In this document: piece after piece, positions 1 through 13,187 of the stretch | How positions within the stretch are numbered: the stretch's first letter is position 1 | Layout: each line of letters opens with the position of its first letter | Source: Antedon mediterranea | Taxonomy: Eukaryota; Animalia; Echinodermata | Reading direction: 5' to 3' | Assembly: GCF_964355755.1 (NCBI RefSeq) | Contig: NC_092677.1 | Span: 4,300,101 to 4,364,100 of the forward strand | DNA: 64,000 bases | Notes under the pieces: model-generated | The model's input: the letters and a program-made list of their open reading frames with translations, nothing else | Told to the model about the DNA's origin: nothing | Databases searched by the model: none | Program-made: the position numbers and the translations under genes

Positions 1-487
1 TTGGTATTCCAATCTCATAACAGAGAATATCTTGTAGGCCTACTGAAAAAAGAAATTAAAACAAGGTCATATCATGCAGTCGCGTGCTCAAGTTAGTGTT
101 CACTAAGTGGCGTTGCACGTGACTAAAAATTGACAGGTTATTAGGTGTTTATCACAAAATATTGACGAGTTTCCATGCATGTTTTCGAACCATCAAGAAA
201 ATAAACTATAAAAAAACATTTGACATGTTTTTTTGTGTTGATCACAAACGTTTCATATAAAATGTATACAAATATATATACAGTATTTGTTTAAAACATA
301 TGAACAGATATGGAAGCCATTTTTATCTTCTGACCATCTTCATTGTTACTGTGTCGACTCTGCCTTCAGGAACTGTACATAATATCTATGTCAACAAAAC
401 TTGATGTACGTCCGTCACTTGTACCTCAGCGGCCGGCACTCGTCTGAAATGATCACTCAGCAAATGTTACAATACAGTAGAACCCAT

Positions 488-770
488 CTTCTTTTAATGC
501 GGGTTCTTTGTACCTTCATTTTCTCAGCTTCAAAACATTTTGACTTTGCTTAAATTTCCTGCTTGGGACACCTCTACTGAGTAAACACTTTGTTGGGTCA
601 TGAAGGTGTCCCTTCTTTTAATGCGGGTTCTTTGTACCTTCATTTTCTCAGCTTCAAACCATTTTGACTTTGCTTAAATTTCCTGCTTGGGACACCTCTA
701 CAAGGAGACACTTTGTTGGGTCATGAAGGTGTCTCTTTTGATGTGGGTTCCCTATACCTTCATTTTCTCA
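488..770. repeat. ~124-bp direct tandem repeat, ~2.3 copies
   Basis: Unit ttttaatgcgggttctttgtaccttcattttctcagcttcaaa...gggtcatgaaggtgtc starts near 492 and 616, with a degenerate third copy near 736. No sustained ORF. Confidence 0.8.
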
Positions 771-1184
771 AAACATCTTTACTTTATTTTTCTGCTTTTG
801 ACTTTTTGTATGTCACTTTTAAGGCATTGTGACATGTGTTCATTTTCAAGCATTGTTTATTCATTGCAAGTTTGAGAACACTTTGTACTGGTACTATTCG
901 ACCATGGAGGCATTAATTGTTATGATCGTATTATTGTTTGGTAATATAGTACAGTACATTAACATACAAACAAAACATAAAATACAGTATGAACTGTAAA
1001 AAATGTGAATATGATAAAAATGTGAAAATCTATGTGATTAAAAAAGTCACCGCAATCTAAAATTTCTTGTGCTTGATATGCATATCATTGGATTACTTTC
1101 ATTTTTTACATAATTATGGTTAAAAGTATACATAAATACAGAATATTTTTTACAATTATTTTTACAAAGTATTATTATTGCAAG

Positions 1185-1725
1185 TCAGTTTTTGAACAGG
1201 ATGGGTATGACATAAATGACCTCTACGACAACCTCTTCTTTAAAAAAACTAGAACTGTAGAAAGAAATTATTATTGAGTCAGATTTGACCAACTGCCAAA
1301 ACCAGGATGGATACTGCATAAATGACCTCTCTGGCCACCTCTTCTTTAAACTGGTACCACTCTCTTTGTTAGAAGAAATTATCAGGTTTGACCAACAGAC
1401 AGCCACACCCAGATTGGATACTGCATAAATGACCTCTACGGCTACCTATTCTTTCAAAAACTGGTACCACTCTCTCTGTTGGCAGAAATAATTCAGTTAG
1501 ATTTGACCAACCGCCACACCCAGGATGGATACTGCATAATGACCTCTACGGCCACATCTTCTTTAAATGGTACCACTCGCTCTATTGGAAGAAATTATTG
1601 AGCCAGATTTGACCAACTGCCACACCCAGGATGGATATTGCATAAATGACCTCTACGACCACCTCTTGTTTAAACTGGTACCACTCTCTCTATTGGAAGA
1701 AATTATTGAGTCAGATGTTGATCAC
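1185..1725 (-). repeat. ~105-115 bp tandem repeats (~5 copies) derived from the end of the CNBD1 last coding exon
   Basis: Units begin with cagatttgacc-like motifs at ~1280, 1383, 1498, 1604 and 1712. They contain cacccaggatggatac...tttaaactggtaccactctct, matching coding sequence at 1790-1890. Confidence 0.85.
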
Positions 1726-1785
1726 TTGACCTTTTATAATTATTGACATTTACGACCACTCCTTGTGTACCACTCTTGTCAATAA

Positions 1786-4700
1786 TTATTGTGAACCAGA
1801 TTTAGACCATTTGCCGCACCCAGGTTGGATACCACTTGAATTAATTACATCCACAACCACACCCTGTTTAAACTGGTACCACTCTCTCTGTAACTCTTGC
1901 TCAATGTATTCTGTGTAAATCTCATCTTTTGACAAGTTTCCGAATGTCTTTTTATTCGTCTGTAGTAGCAATGACCGTGTTGTTTCATCCAATTCTGAAA
2001 GATTAAGAAATTTGTGAAAATAATTAAATTTTAAACTTTACCATAGAATAGAGTATTCTTTATCATTTATTATACCTAGCCTCTTTGATAATACTAAAAT
2101 ATGAACATTACCACTTATTTTTTCTGGTGTTATTATTCCTAAAGTGACATCTGTAGCAGTTACTATTGAACATGTGATCGTGTCTTCTTCTAAAACACTG
2201 ATCTCACCAAATGATTGCGATGTTGTCAATTTACCCATCACCACTTGTTTCAAACGCTTTTCCTGCAACAACAACATTTTGTTAATATCGACAAAGGTTA
2301 AAATCGTTCTCATTTAAGGTTTTGTTAAGGGTGGTTGGCAATCTAACGAAGCTGAAGATCAAAGGGTTTATGTGTGGCTGCGACATGATCAGTTCAACAC
2401 CTCTTAAATCGATACTGCTCGTCGTGGAGAATATGTATATAGTACTGTACTGTTGGTATTTGTCGCAGCAAGACATAAGATCAAAGGACTATTATGAGTT
2501 CCTATCTTGGCAAGGCCTTGATTTTTATTTTTTTCAGTAAGCAGTAATAATTCTTTTTTTCCCTCTTTTTTTGGCTTTTACTTGAATCAACCATTTGAAT
2601 ATGTCTGTATTTCTTTAAAATCTTTTTTTGGCTTCTTTCATTTTTGATGTACTGTATGTATACTATATCTCTGTATAAAGTCTGTTTTCCTGTCAACGTT
2701 ATTCAACGCTATCGTCGTTCAACGACGATCGTTCGTGAAAACAATCAAGTTGAAATGATAACGATAGCGGGTACCTTACCTCTTTTCCATTTCTCAGTTT
2801 GTGATTCACTTCTACTTGTCTCAATACGTGACATTCACCAGATTTAATGAAACCAATAAACGGACAAAGTACACCCTCTGTCACGAGGACTAAAACAAAA
2901 TCAAAGTGACATTGTTGCTTAAACACAACTGTAACATGAGCTGACACTAAGTACCTGTAGCAATATAATTACACCTGGAATATGATCATACATGGTTAAA
3001 AGTGACATACAATATGTTCTTTAAGTGTCATATTGATTTTAGCAAATTGTAACATATTGCATTTTAGATGCAGAAACAATGTAAAAGTATCGCATATGGT
3101 TAAGTACAAATTTTTCCATCACGATATTAATTACAGTATAAAGTATCTTATATAACTTTAATACAAGTAAATGGCTGTACTGTAATTTGATGACTTTGAC
3201 AGCTCAGCTAAAGGCAAGAATTTCAAATATAATATTTTGAAATGTTAAATAAATGTTTAAAGATGTATTGTCCCCCAAAAACATGAAAAGTGAAGATTAA
3301 TAAATAAACCATTTTGCAGTTTTAATAAAGTTATTCACTTTTTTAAAAATTTCACTTATAAAAAGACAAAGTAAAGTAAATTTTAACCAAAAACCATTGT
3401 CAAACAATTTTGCTTTAGATTACATTTTTTTCAGTTAAAGAAATAATTTTCAATCCAGTTTTTGGTCAAAGTGAATAACTATTAGGTGACATTAAAATGA
3501 CATATTCAACAAAAAATGCAAAAAAATGCGACAATATATCTTTAATAAATGAAATGAACTAACCAGTGTTTTCAGGAAAAAAAGCCCACTCAATAAGTTC
3601 AGCTAATTTCAATAGTGACTGTCTTGGCCATAGTTTGTATGACTCACAAGGCTGTACTAAGTTACACTTCTCCGTTAAATCTTTCTCTTTCAGTTGCTAT
3701 ACATATAAAATAAATGGGTTTTTTTTTCACACATTGAAACAATATTGATATAAAAATGCGAAGAGTGACAGAGAGTGTTCTCTTTATATTTCAGCAGATA
3801 GCACATTATAGATAATTTTAGATTTTATTAAATTCTTAAAACATTATCAATGTTATAAGTTATCTAGCTGCAACATTATGGAGCTGTCCATGCGTGTTTG
3901 ATCCAATTACCGGGGCTAATATAATGTGAAATGCAAGGATTAACATATTATTATCCTAAAAATCAACAGGCATGGTATATAGCAAAAAATAATAATGGGG
4001 GGTATAACCTGCAACTTGTAGCCTACTGGCCTGAATTGTGCACAGGTGTGGACGACACATACCACAACTTTCCACTCCCCTAAGGTTCCCTTCATGTCGA
4101 GTTCTGCCACCAAACAGCACCCGGGAAAAGTTGTACTGGGTTCTTTAAAGTGCACACGAACCAGATGTGTACACTGGACTTCCAGTTTTAAGTCCTTAAC
4201 CAAGAGATTTGTTCTACCGGTACCAAAAAAATGGTCGAGGAGTGACTTGAACCTGTGCCAATTCTATAGCTATGGTTCGCGGCAGAGCCCCTGCCTTAAC
4301 CGCTTGGCCACTTGAAATCGAAGCACCAAGTTATAGTTCTACAATTTAATTTTAATAACTCACTTGTGATATTCGTTTGTAGTCGTTACTAGACACTTTC
4401 AGAAACTCACACGGCAGTGTATTAGTTTTTACTGTCAATATTCTGAAAATAATTATTGATATTATTTGTGTAATATTCAACTAATACCCTTTTCACATCT
4501 GCAAAATGTAGCCAGTTGTAACCAGGCTTGCATACAGTAGTGTGAATACTATTTTGTGGAAAATCTCCCGAGATTTCACAGGGGACCTCTCGGGAGAAAA
4601 ACACACTGATGAGAGGCAAATTTTTGTTCCGCGATGTTCCCGTGTATTGCCCTGGTATTAAACTTACCAATCATAGTAATCAAATAGCGTGCAACTACAC

Positions 4701-7700
4701 TATCCTTTTGAGATTGCTCAGTGTTCACGTATGAAAATGTGTAATAAGTCAGGCGATCAACCTGGTTACACGTTGTTACAAGTTGTACAAATTTATATGA
4801 AAGAGGTATTATTCTGATCAACTGGAGTAGCAACATTTTACAACATATCTAGAATGTACCACTGTTTCAAAAGGTAAGTACAACTGATTGCATTCTGGAT
4901 GATTGACAACATCCTTTCAAAACAAGTACTTACTGTGAATTAACTTCCTCCCCTTCAATCCCCTCTAAGCAGCCAAAACAATCACCAACCCCGAGCTAAA
5001 ATGACACATTAGAATTACAATAACAAAGTTATATACAAAATGCATGACACTAAAAACAGCAATAAAATTTAATTATAAATTAATAATAATAGTAAAACAA
5101 TCTCGATCTCAAAATTGTTACAGAATAATTATTTTTTATATGTATTTTGGTTGTACTTGAGCAGTAATAACATGAATACAGTACTACAAATACTAATTAA
5201 TACACAAATGTTAATTAATATTAACACATTATTATTTTCCCATTAAGTTTTTACCTCAGGCAAGTCTCTTTCTAAGAGAAAAGTTGTATTCCTGGTTGGT
5301 TTAACCTCATTCTTAGCCTTCAAACGTATCCATGGGTCAGTCTGGGCCACTACACTTCCCTTTAGTACGATGTAAAATCCAGTATTTCCAAAAACTACAC
5401 AAGCAAGCGTACATAATGAGATAATATAAAATAAATGTATATGTGTATGTTAATATTTTTATGTATTTTGTTTATAAGACCATGGAAAATGCATTGGAAA
5501 CACAGAAAATGTGTTGGCAACACAGAAAATGCGTTGGCGATACGGAAAATGGGTTGAAAACAAAGGAAATGCATTGGCAAAAACGAAGAATGCGTTGGCG
5601 ACACGGAAAATGCATTGGCAACACGGAAAATGCATTGGCAACACGGAAAATGCGTTGACAACACAGAAAATGCGTTGGCAACAAAGAAAATGCGTTGGTT
5701 ACACAGACAATGCAGTGGCTACACGGAAAATGCATTGGCAACAAGGAAAATGCGTTGGCTACACAGACAATGCAGTGGCTACACGGAAAATGAGTTGGCT
5801 ACACGGAAAATGAGTTGGCAACACAGAAAATACATTGGCATAATGGAAAATACATCGGCTACACGGAACATGTGTTGGCAACACAGAAAATGCGTTGACA
5901 ACACAGAAAATGCATTGAGATAACTGAAAATGCGTTAGCAACACGGAAAATGCCTTGGCAAATGGAAAATGCGTTGGCAAAATGGAAAATATGTTGGCTA
6001 CACGGAACATACGTTGGCTACATGGACAATGCATTTACAACACAGAAAATGCGTTTACAAAATGAGGGAAACTTGGGTGTTCTTCACAGTCACACCTACC
6101 TGTGTAGTCGTCATCCTTCCATACATCTAATGTGACTACAGAACAGATTTCCTTTAGTTCCTTAGTTGTAGTCTGACTTGATAACACGGGAAATGCTTTC
6201 AGGTGCTTAAAAATTACTTTATTGTCTTCTGATGACCTCTCAAACGGTCTGAAAATATAATAACACACCATGATGGCTTTCAAGATGCAAATGTCGGGGT
6301 TCATTCATGAAATGGAAAGGAGGTATGGTTGGGGTGACAGGTTTAAATGTATTTACTGTAAATGGATCTTCATATAAAAATATTGTTTTTGTACAACCTA
6401 CCAAGATTTTTAGGGGTTTGTATTTGACGCTGTTGAGATCAGGTCAATCAATGTTTTTCAAATTTAGTGAAATGTTGATAATTTGTATACACCGTGCATG
6501 TGTAGGGAAGTGTACAATGGCACAATATGTATAGTGAACAAATGTACAAACTTTATAATAGATAGTGTATATCACTGGGTGGTTTAGAATTTTTGTTCAT
6601 GTAAATTGTTAATACATAGATACACTTACAGTTTTCTAAGCAATCTGCGGAGGTCTTTGATTCTGTTTTTCTTAATGACCTCTGGGTCAGCTATCTTGCG
6701 TTCCTTATGAAGCAGCGCCATATGATCTTTGATTTCATGACTGATGACCTCTGCTGGTGGTGTCTCTTTCTTTTCATGGTTTGAAAGTGTACTCAAACAG
6801 CCTTGTAAATTACAAAATAGACAATGGTAATCAAGTTTATAGTAAAATACATTCATGTCAAAAAAATCAAAAAAAAATCTTTATGTTTAAAAAATGGTTG
6901 TATTTATTAAATAAATGGCCACTGAACATAATACCCTTTTCACAGGTTTGCAGAGTATAAAGACAATTTTGTCACACTAATACAGTTTATTATGAAACAT
7001 GTAATCAATTGGGAGATCAAACCTGGTTACAACTTGTAACAATTTATGCAGATGTCAAAAGACTACATTCCCACGTTTTCTATGTTACAATTTAGCTATC
7101 TAATTATTAGCAGAAATTCTTTTATTTTTGACCTGATTGGTGATGTTTTAATGCAAATAAATTGACTTGGTGCCCATCCCAGCAGACTTGACGGACTTCA
7201 ATGATGGACCTCCATTCTTTCCTCCATACATGTAATGTCTCTATTCCTTCAACAGCGAAGCCTGAACCTTTTTGCAGCAGACGATCTTTTGCAGTACAGA
7301 ATAAATCGGTAAAAATTACCGAAGTTTAAAAATAAAGGGTTTTTAAACAATATTTACCAGTAGATATGTTCGTTGCGGCCAATAGTGAGTGTGTATCACC
7401 TTGTTCTACTACCGTCTTTGGTGTAGCTTTTGCATTCACAAACATTTGGTGGTAATATTGCATAAACAAAGAATGATCACATACAGATGGTGTGCTGAAA
7501 AGTAAAAACATCACAACTCTTAAAATCAAAACAATAAATAGGCTACAGTAGCCTAGGACTTACTTATATTTAACCAAAAAGTTTTGTTGAAAATGTTATT
7601 TAAAAACACATTCCTTGCAATTGTTGAGGTTTTGTGAGTGAGTGAGTGGCCGAGCGGTTAAGACAGTGGAACCGTAATTACGTAGCCATAACATCGGCAG

Positions 7701-10700
7701 GGGTTCGAGGCTCAATCACTCCATGGTTCTGGCGGTAGAACGAGTCTTCTCGGATAAGGACTACAAACCGTAGGTCCAGTGTACACATCTAGCTCGTGTG
7801 CACTTTAAAGAACCTAGTAGTACATCTTTCGAGACGAGTAGGGGGTTACCCCGGTGTATTAGTACATCACAGCCACTGATCATAACTGGGCTCTCTGGGA
7901 GACCAGTCTTTGACTGAAGAGGTCACCCAGTATAAATATAAATTTCAATTTAAATTGTAAAAAATAATACAGTTACATACTTGTAATCAGGGAGTTGTAA
8001 ACAACTCCCTGCTTGTAATGTTGTGTAGGCTTTATCTTTAAAAACATTAAATCAGGTCATTCCTTGTCTTCAATGAATTTTTTCTATCTATTAAATTAGA
8101 CTTTTTAATTTTATGTTGTGCTCTTTATATGCCTATATTTATACAGTCTTAGTATTTTATTGTTCGTTATGGCTAAAGATTTGGTACCGTATCCATACTT
8201 CTAAAAAATAAAGGTATGATAATAGAGGGCGTAATGTAAGATAGATGTTAACCAAATAGGTTATGGCAATGGTTTTCAGCAAGCCAGCTGTGTAGCTTAG
8301 TTGGCTGATGAGGCTATGGTTTAAGGGGTTGGAGGTTGGATTCTCTAATTTTTTTTTTTTTTTAGTTTTTAATTTAAGAGAGATTATTTAGGCCTAGCGG
8401 GTTAGGTTTTTAATATTTAGGAACGAGTTTTAATATTTAGGAACAAGTTTTATATTTAGGTACGAGTTTTAGGAATGCAATTTTACCGTACCTTTATCAA
8501 ACGGAAGCGCCCTTTATAATTACCGTACCTTTAGTTTTTATTTAGACGTATAAATATGGTACCGTATCTTTAGCCACGGCATTTATTGTTTGTTACCAAC
8601 CTACTATCCTTATCACCCGATGGCTCATCTTGACAGCATAACCACCTCAGCTTGTCATAATCAATAACTTGATCATTTAATTCTTCACGTCCATCATGAT
8701 TAGATGAGATGACTACAATTTTGTAAAAAATAAAAAAAAATATTAAAATTTATTATTTAAAGAAAATGGCCTTTAAAATATTATTAGCCAACCAAGCCTA
8801 GCCTAGCCGCCCACTCCTAGCTAGGCGGTTTACGATGAAATCGGTCGCGTCTGAAATCGGTCGCGTTTGAAATCGGTCGCGATAAAATCAACTTCCGGTA
8901 TTTTGTATGGCGCGCCGCTAGAGCTATAATATTGATGATATCGGTCGCGTTTGAAATCGGTCGCGTTTGAAATCGGTCGCGCTATTTTGAATGGATCGAG
9001 CGGGATGCATGCTAGAGCGGGATATACATTTTTCGTTTATATAGATTTAATTGATATTTTTTAGGAACTAGATTAGTTATGTGGATATTTTTTACTTGGT
9101 AATATTTATTATCAATCAATAAATTAATTTTTTTTTTGTATTTCACAGGTCTCGGAGAAGGACTGTGTCTTTTCAAAATGGCCATTTCTAAACACGTTTA
9201 AATATTATATTAGGCATAATGTTATATTAGGCATATAATAATTCACCTCTATTTATATGTACTGTAATTAATATATTATATAGAGAATATACGTCTGTCG
9301 TGTCTTTTATTATGCAAACAATTACGTATGGTTTTAGGATATTAATAAAATATATAGATAATATGTCGTTATAAATCAATCTACCGGCCTACAGTAGGAG
9401 TATGATGTACAATGATAGATAAAGGTGAACACGATTCTCAAAGAGGTAATCTGCACTGATATTTAAACATTTAGGCCTAGATTTACCGAGACACTGAGTT
9501 GCACTTACTTAATTATTTACATTAAATGATTATTATAAATGAAGAAATAAAAGATATTCAAATTAAAATCTATAGTATTGCCGACTTTTTTACGTAAATT
9601 ATATATAAATCATACTGTCAAATTATAGAAACAGTACTTTATTCGGAATTATTATGGATATATAGCAAGCCTGTGAGCTACAGCGACTTTAATTGCTTTT
9701 GCTTATCCTTGCCTCCTTAGATTTCCACGTGTCTTGATTTTGTTACCTATGTTTTAAATGTATTTCTATTTTAAAGGCTAAATAATGAATGAATGAACAT
9801 AATCTCATAATCGCGTCGAGCATCTATAGCTCATTGAATCGTTTCACAAAAACCGTGCAGGAGGCCTATAGACGTTTCAAACGTATGGTTATTAGTAATA
9901 GACGTCATCATATCTCGCCATCGACAACGATCGTCGTGTTTTGTCCATGAGTTGACATACTAACAAGTGCGTGTTTTTTAAAAAGGGGAAACCCCGTCAG
10001 CAAAATAACGTATTGTTAGAGGAAACAGCTTCACGATCATAGAAGGCGCATCTCCGTCGATATGGCTTATTCGGGGGTTTATTTCAGTAACTCGCCTTTT
10101 AACCATCAGCATATAATGATCATTTTACTAAAAACTATTTTAAACATTAGAAATAAAAATATACACGTGATTTGCCTCAACAATAATCATTATAAGCTTA
10201 ATATTATCCTACATAACGGATAGAAATAAAAATAAGGTGATCGAATAGTATGTTGATAACGACATGGATATGATATAATCTGCCACATATATGCACAAGT
10301 ATAAAAATGGATACGCTGGCTTTACGGGCTATATTGTAAAAATTATTGTTTTTAAATAAATTGTTCTCTTTTACGTAATTGTTTGCATAATAAAAGACAC
10401 GACAGACGTATATTCTCTATATAATATATTAATTACAGTACATATAAATAGAGGTATTTTATTTTTTTTTTATTTCTTTATTCTGATATAAAATCAATAG
10501 GATAAAAACACAAAAAAGTACCGAGACGGCAAACTTATTTCCATTGTGGTCCTAAATTTCCATTGTGGTCCTAGGTAAATTATTATATGCCTAATATAAC
10601 ATTATGCCTAATATAATATTTAAACGTGTTTAGAAATGGCCATTTTGAAAAGACACAGTCCTTCTCCGAGACCTGTGAAATACAAAAAAAAATTAATTTA

Positions 10701-11338
10701 ATGATTGATAATAAATATTTATTAACCAAGTAAAAAATATCCACAAATAATCTAGTTCCTAAAAAATATCAATTAACTATATAAACGAAAAATGTATATC
10801 CCGCTCTAGCATGCATCCCGCTCGATCCATACAAAATAGCGCGACCGATTTCAAACGCGACCGATATCATCAAAGGTACAGCTCTAGCGGCGCGCCATAC
10901 AAAATACCGAAAGTTGATTTTATCGCGACCGATTTCAAACGCGACCGATTTCAAGCGCGACCGATTTCATCTGACACCAGCTAGGCTAGCCTAGGGCCTA
11001 CTAGGCTAGATAGGCCTATCTATGACATATAGGCCTAGGCCTAGGCCTAGGCCTAGGCTAGGCCTAGACTTTTTAGTCGGAACTTTAATCATGACAGTAT
11101 GTAGGCCTATGCCATGCATGGCATAGAGTAGAGGCCTTTAGGTACGAAACGACTCGACTGGAATTATTACTTATCATATCGAGCCACTTTGCTCCTGTCC
11201 TGTCAGACAGTGGTGTGGCATTCAAAAAAAGAGGGCCTAAAAATAGGCTTACTCACTTTTGTGACGTGTTTGCCGAGGCTTTCTACTGCTCCAAGTTCCA
11301 TCATTTGCCTTTTTATCTGTAGATTTCAGAATTGACAT
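1786..11338 (-). CDS. CNBD1: Cyclic nucleotide-binding domain-containing protein 1-like, 12 exons, ~511 aa
   Basis: Hand-built exons (all GT-AG, phases consistent, 1536 nt): 11338-11257, 8712-8601, 7494-7358, 6801-6630, 6248-6100, 5394-5255, 4995-4934, 4442-4364, 3696-3564, 2889-2780, 2262-2112, 1994-1786. Peptides IDYDKLRWLC, GFYIVLKG, CESYKLWP, GFIKSGEC, MGKLTTSQSFGEISVL..TCSIVT and ELDETTRSLLLQT match my recollection of vertebrate CNBD1. Exon 1 is the least certain. Confidence 0.85.
3986..4313 (-). mobile_element. Diverged tRNA-derived SINE sharing its core with the SINE at 7636 but with a different 3' part
   Basis: On the - strand: A-box-like tggccaagcgg, B-box-like ggttcaagtca, then gtccagtgtacacatctggttcgtgtgcactttaaagaacc, shared with 7770-7815. 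Confidence 0.7.
5480..6062. repeat. 21-bp minisatellite (acacggaaaatgcgttggcaa-like), ~27 copies, CNBD1 intron 5
   Basis: Clear 21-nt periodicity. It explains the overlapping spurious repetitive ORFs on both strands. Confidence 0.95.
7636..7956 (+). mobile_element. tRNA-derived SINE with Nin/Deu-domain-like core, ~320 bp
   Basis: Pol III A-box tggccgagcgg (~7647) and B-box ggttcgaggct (~7702). Core ggataaggactacaaaccgtaggtcc...cactttaaagaacc...gagtagggggttaccccggtgt resembles the Nin/Deu SINE domain. AT-rich tail. A near-identical inverted copy lies at 37474-37800. Confidence 0.85.
7988..8011. mobile_element. 24-bp palindromic micro-insertion with 8-bp TSD (hAT-like ends)
   Basis: cttgtaat [cagggagttgtaaacaactccctg] cttgtaat. 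Confidence 0.7.
8170..8579. mobile_element. ~410-bp MITE-like element with imperfect terminal inverted repeats
   Basis: Left end tggctaaagat..ggtaccgtat...taaaggtatgataatagagggcg is inverse-complementary to right end cgccctttataattaccgtacctttag...ggtaccgtatctttagcca. Confidence 0.6.
8827..10978. mobile_element. 2.15-kb non-autonomous foldback/MULE-like DNA transposon with ~500-bp TIRs and 8-bp TSD
   Basis: Left arm 8827-~9328 is the reverse complement of right arm ~10372-10978 (the right arm has a ~120-bp extra segment at ~10456-10572). Subterminal repeats gaaatcggtcgcgttt. TSD agctaggc at 8819-8826 and 10979-10986. No transposase ORF. Confidence 0.9.
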
Positions 11339-11509
11339 TACTAATTTGATATCCTGACCTGGACGAACTAAAAATTAAAAAAACAAACAATATACAACTG
11401 CCTACTTCTCCCCCCATGCGATTTATCGTCTGCGCTGGCTACGTCACACAAACGCAACACAACTTTGGGTACCGATTTGAGGCCGTTTTAACCCCCCAGA
11501 TTATGCTAT

Positions 11510-12436
11510 CGCCCGTATTCTTAAACCGGACTTTAGTCGTAGTTCGAAGTTCGACTTGGAAAAGTCGTAGTTCGAGCTATTACTTCAAATTCGATTCAAA
11601 AACGAAGTAGTCGAAGTTTGCAGTTCGACTTAATGAAGTCGAGCTTTTAGTCGAGTTGCACACGTCTGGGTAACAAAGGCTATACATTGGCCAATGACAA
11701 GAGAGTATTTGAGGAGCAGACGAAATTTTGCGCATTGATATCACTTTCCATTTCTTACAACACTTTTTACGCATCAGGACTATATACATGAAAAATAATT
11801 TTAATCGTTAATTATTAGAACAATATCAGTATTAATTTAACAGTGAAGTATATTTGATTAACAACAAATAAAATCTTAAAAATATATTTAGGAACCATGG
11901 CGGTACGGTAACTTTTATATTTTCTAGGCCCCCAACAAAGTATGATCGCCACGAACCACGCACTTCATAGCGTGACAAGAAAGCGCTAGGCCCCCTAAAC
12001 ATTCCATCGCGTGGTGAATTGCCGCATCTCCCATTGTCGCTATGGCGTGACGTAGCTCAAGTCGGACTTGCGCGAAGAAAATAATGTAATTTGTATACAG
12101 TTGTAAATAAAGATGATTTTCATTACTATAATTTATACCAATGTATATTTAATTAAGCTAATATAAATATAGATATTTCATTCTTCAATATCTGGCCAAT
12201 ATAACAACTCAATGACTGTTACGTTTTTTATAAACATCGTTTAAAAACCATTTAGTCGACCATTTAGTCTGCCCCCTCCAGGACTAAAAAAATCGATCAA
12301 AATCCGTCTCGATTTAGTCGAGGTTGGCCTGATTTAGTCGGTGATTTAGTTGAAGTTCGGTTTATGAATTAAAATGACGTCATTTTTTTAGTTTTAGCTC
12401 GAACTACGACTAAAGTCCGGTTTAAGAATACGGGCG
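11510..12436. mobile_element. 927-bp MITE, ~38-bp perfect TIR, 3-bp TSD (PIF/Harbinger-like)
   Basis: tat [cgcccgtattcttaaaccggactttagtcgtagttcga ... tcgaactacgactaaagtccggtttaagaatacgggcg] tat. Confidence 0.85.
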
Positions 12437-13187
12437 TATATCTTCATTGCTATGGCGCGCTTTCAGAGCATAAAAATATACGTCATTATCATTATTTTGT
12501 CGATACTGTATTTTTGTAATGAATTGAACGTGGAAATGAATGCATAGTTATAATATAATTTTTTTGTCACTATCATATTTGGCCACACACACCCTTTTGT
12601 GTAGTGTAGACAGAGCTTTAGCGTCGTACTATACTGTATTTACGGTTTTTTTACATTATTAACAGGATACTTAATTTGAACAAAATTCAGATGAGTGTTG
12701 ATATTGAGTTACCTTAAATTACGCAATGTCAATCATGCCAACGACAAAATACAAAATCGATTACAGACATGCGTAATAGTAATACGTACGCGACGTATAA
12801 TTTAGCAATCAACCAAAAAAACAAATTCTGATTTAATATAGTATTATATTACACACTTCAATGGTACAATATTTTTATTAAAAATATAATGTTTACAACA
12901 CTATCTAGGCTTAGCCTAGCTATTTTATTTTCATTAAAAACAAAGAAGTGCCTTGTCACACCAGTGGTGTATCTCACACAACAATACCTTTGTGTTTCGT
13001 TTCGTGTTTATCTTCAAATTCAAAATCAACATTTATTTCCAAAATGGTGGCGTCACCAAAAAAGCAAAAACTTGTGCCAGGGACGCCAAAACAAAACATT
13101 CAAAAGCAAACAAAACATATATATATAAGACACAGAAATGAAAATAACAATAAAACTTAAAGCGGTATATCTTTATCATAATGTAAG

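Noticed and set aside
300-875. Possible coding exon at the window start
   Set aside because: The minus-strand frames I tried hit stops and the plus-strand 62-aa ORF has no recognisable motif. Only a short tandem repeat is supportable.
5395-6135. Many overlapping 60-100 aa ORFs with repetitive MRWQHGKC / FSVLPTHF peptides
   Set aside because: By-products of a 21-bp minisatellite inside CNBD1 intron 5. Flanking exons join in phase without it.
7132-7265. Possible additional CNBD1 exon (open stretch GIETLHVWRKEW...)
   Set aside because: No recognisable CNBD1 similarity, weak splice signals, and exons 3 and 4 already join in phase.
7636-7725. Possible tRNA gene (A and B boxes)
   Set aside because: It is the head of a SINE: continues into a ~320-bp dispersed repeat and I could not fold a convincing cloverleaf.
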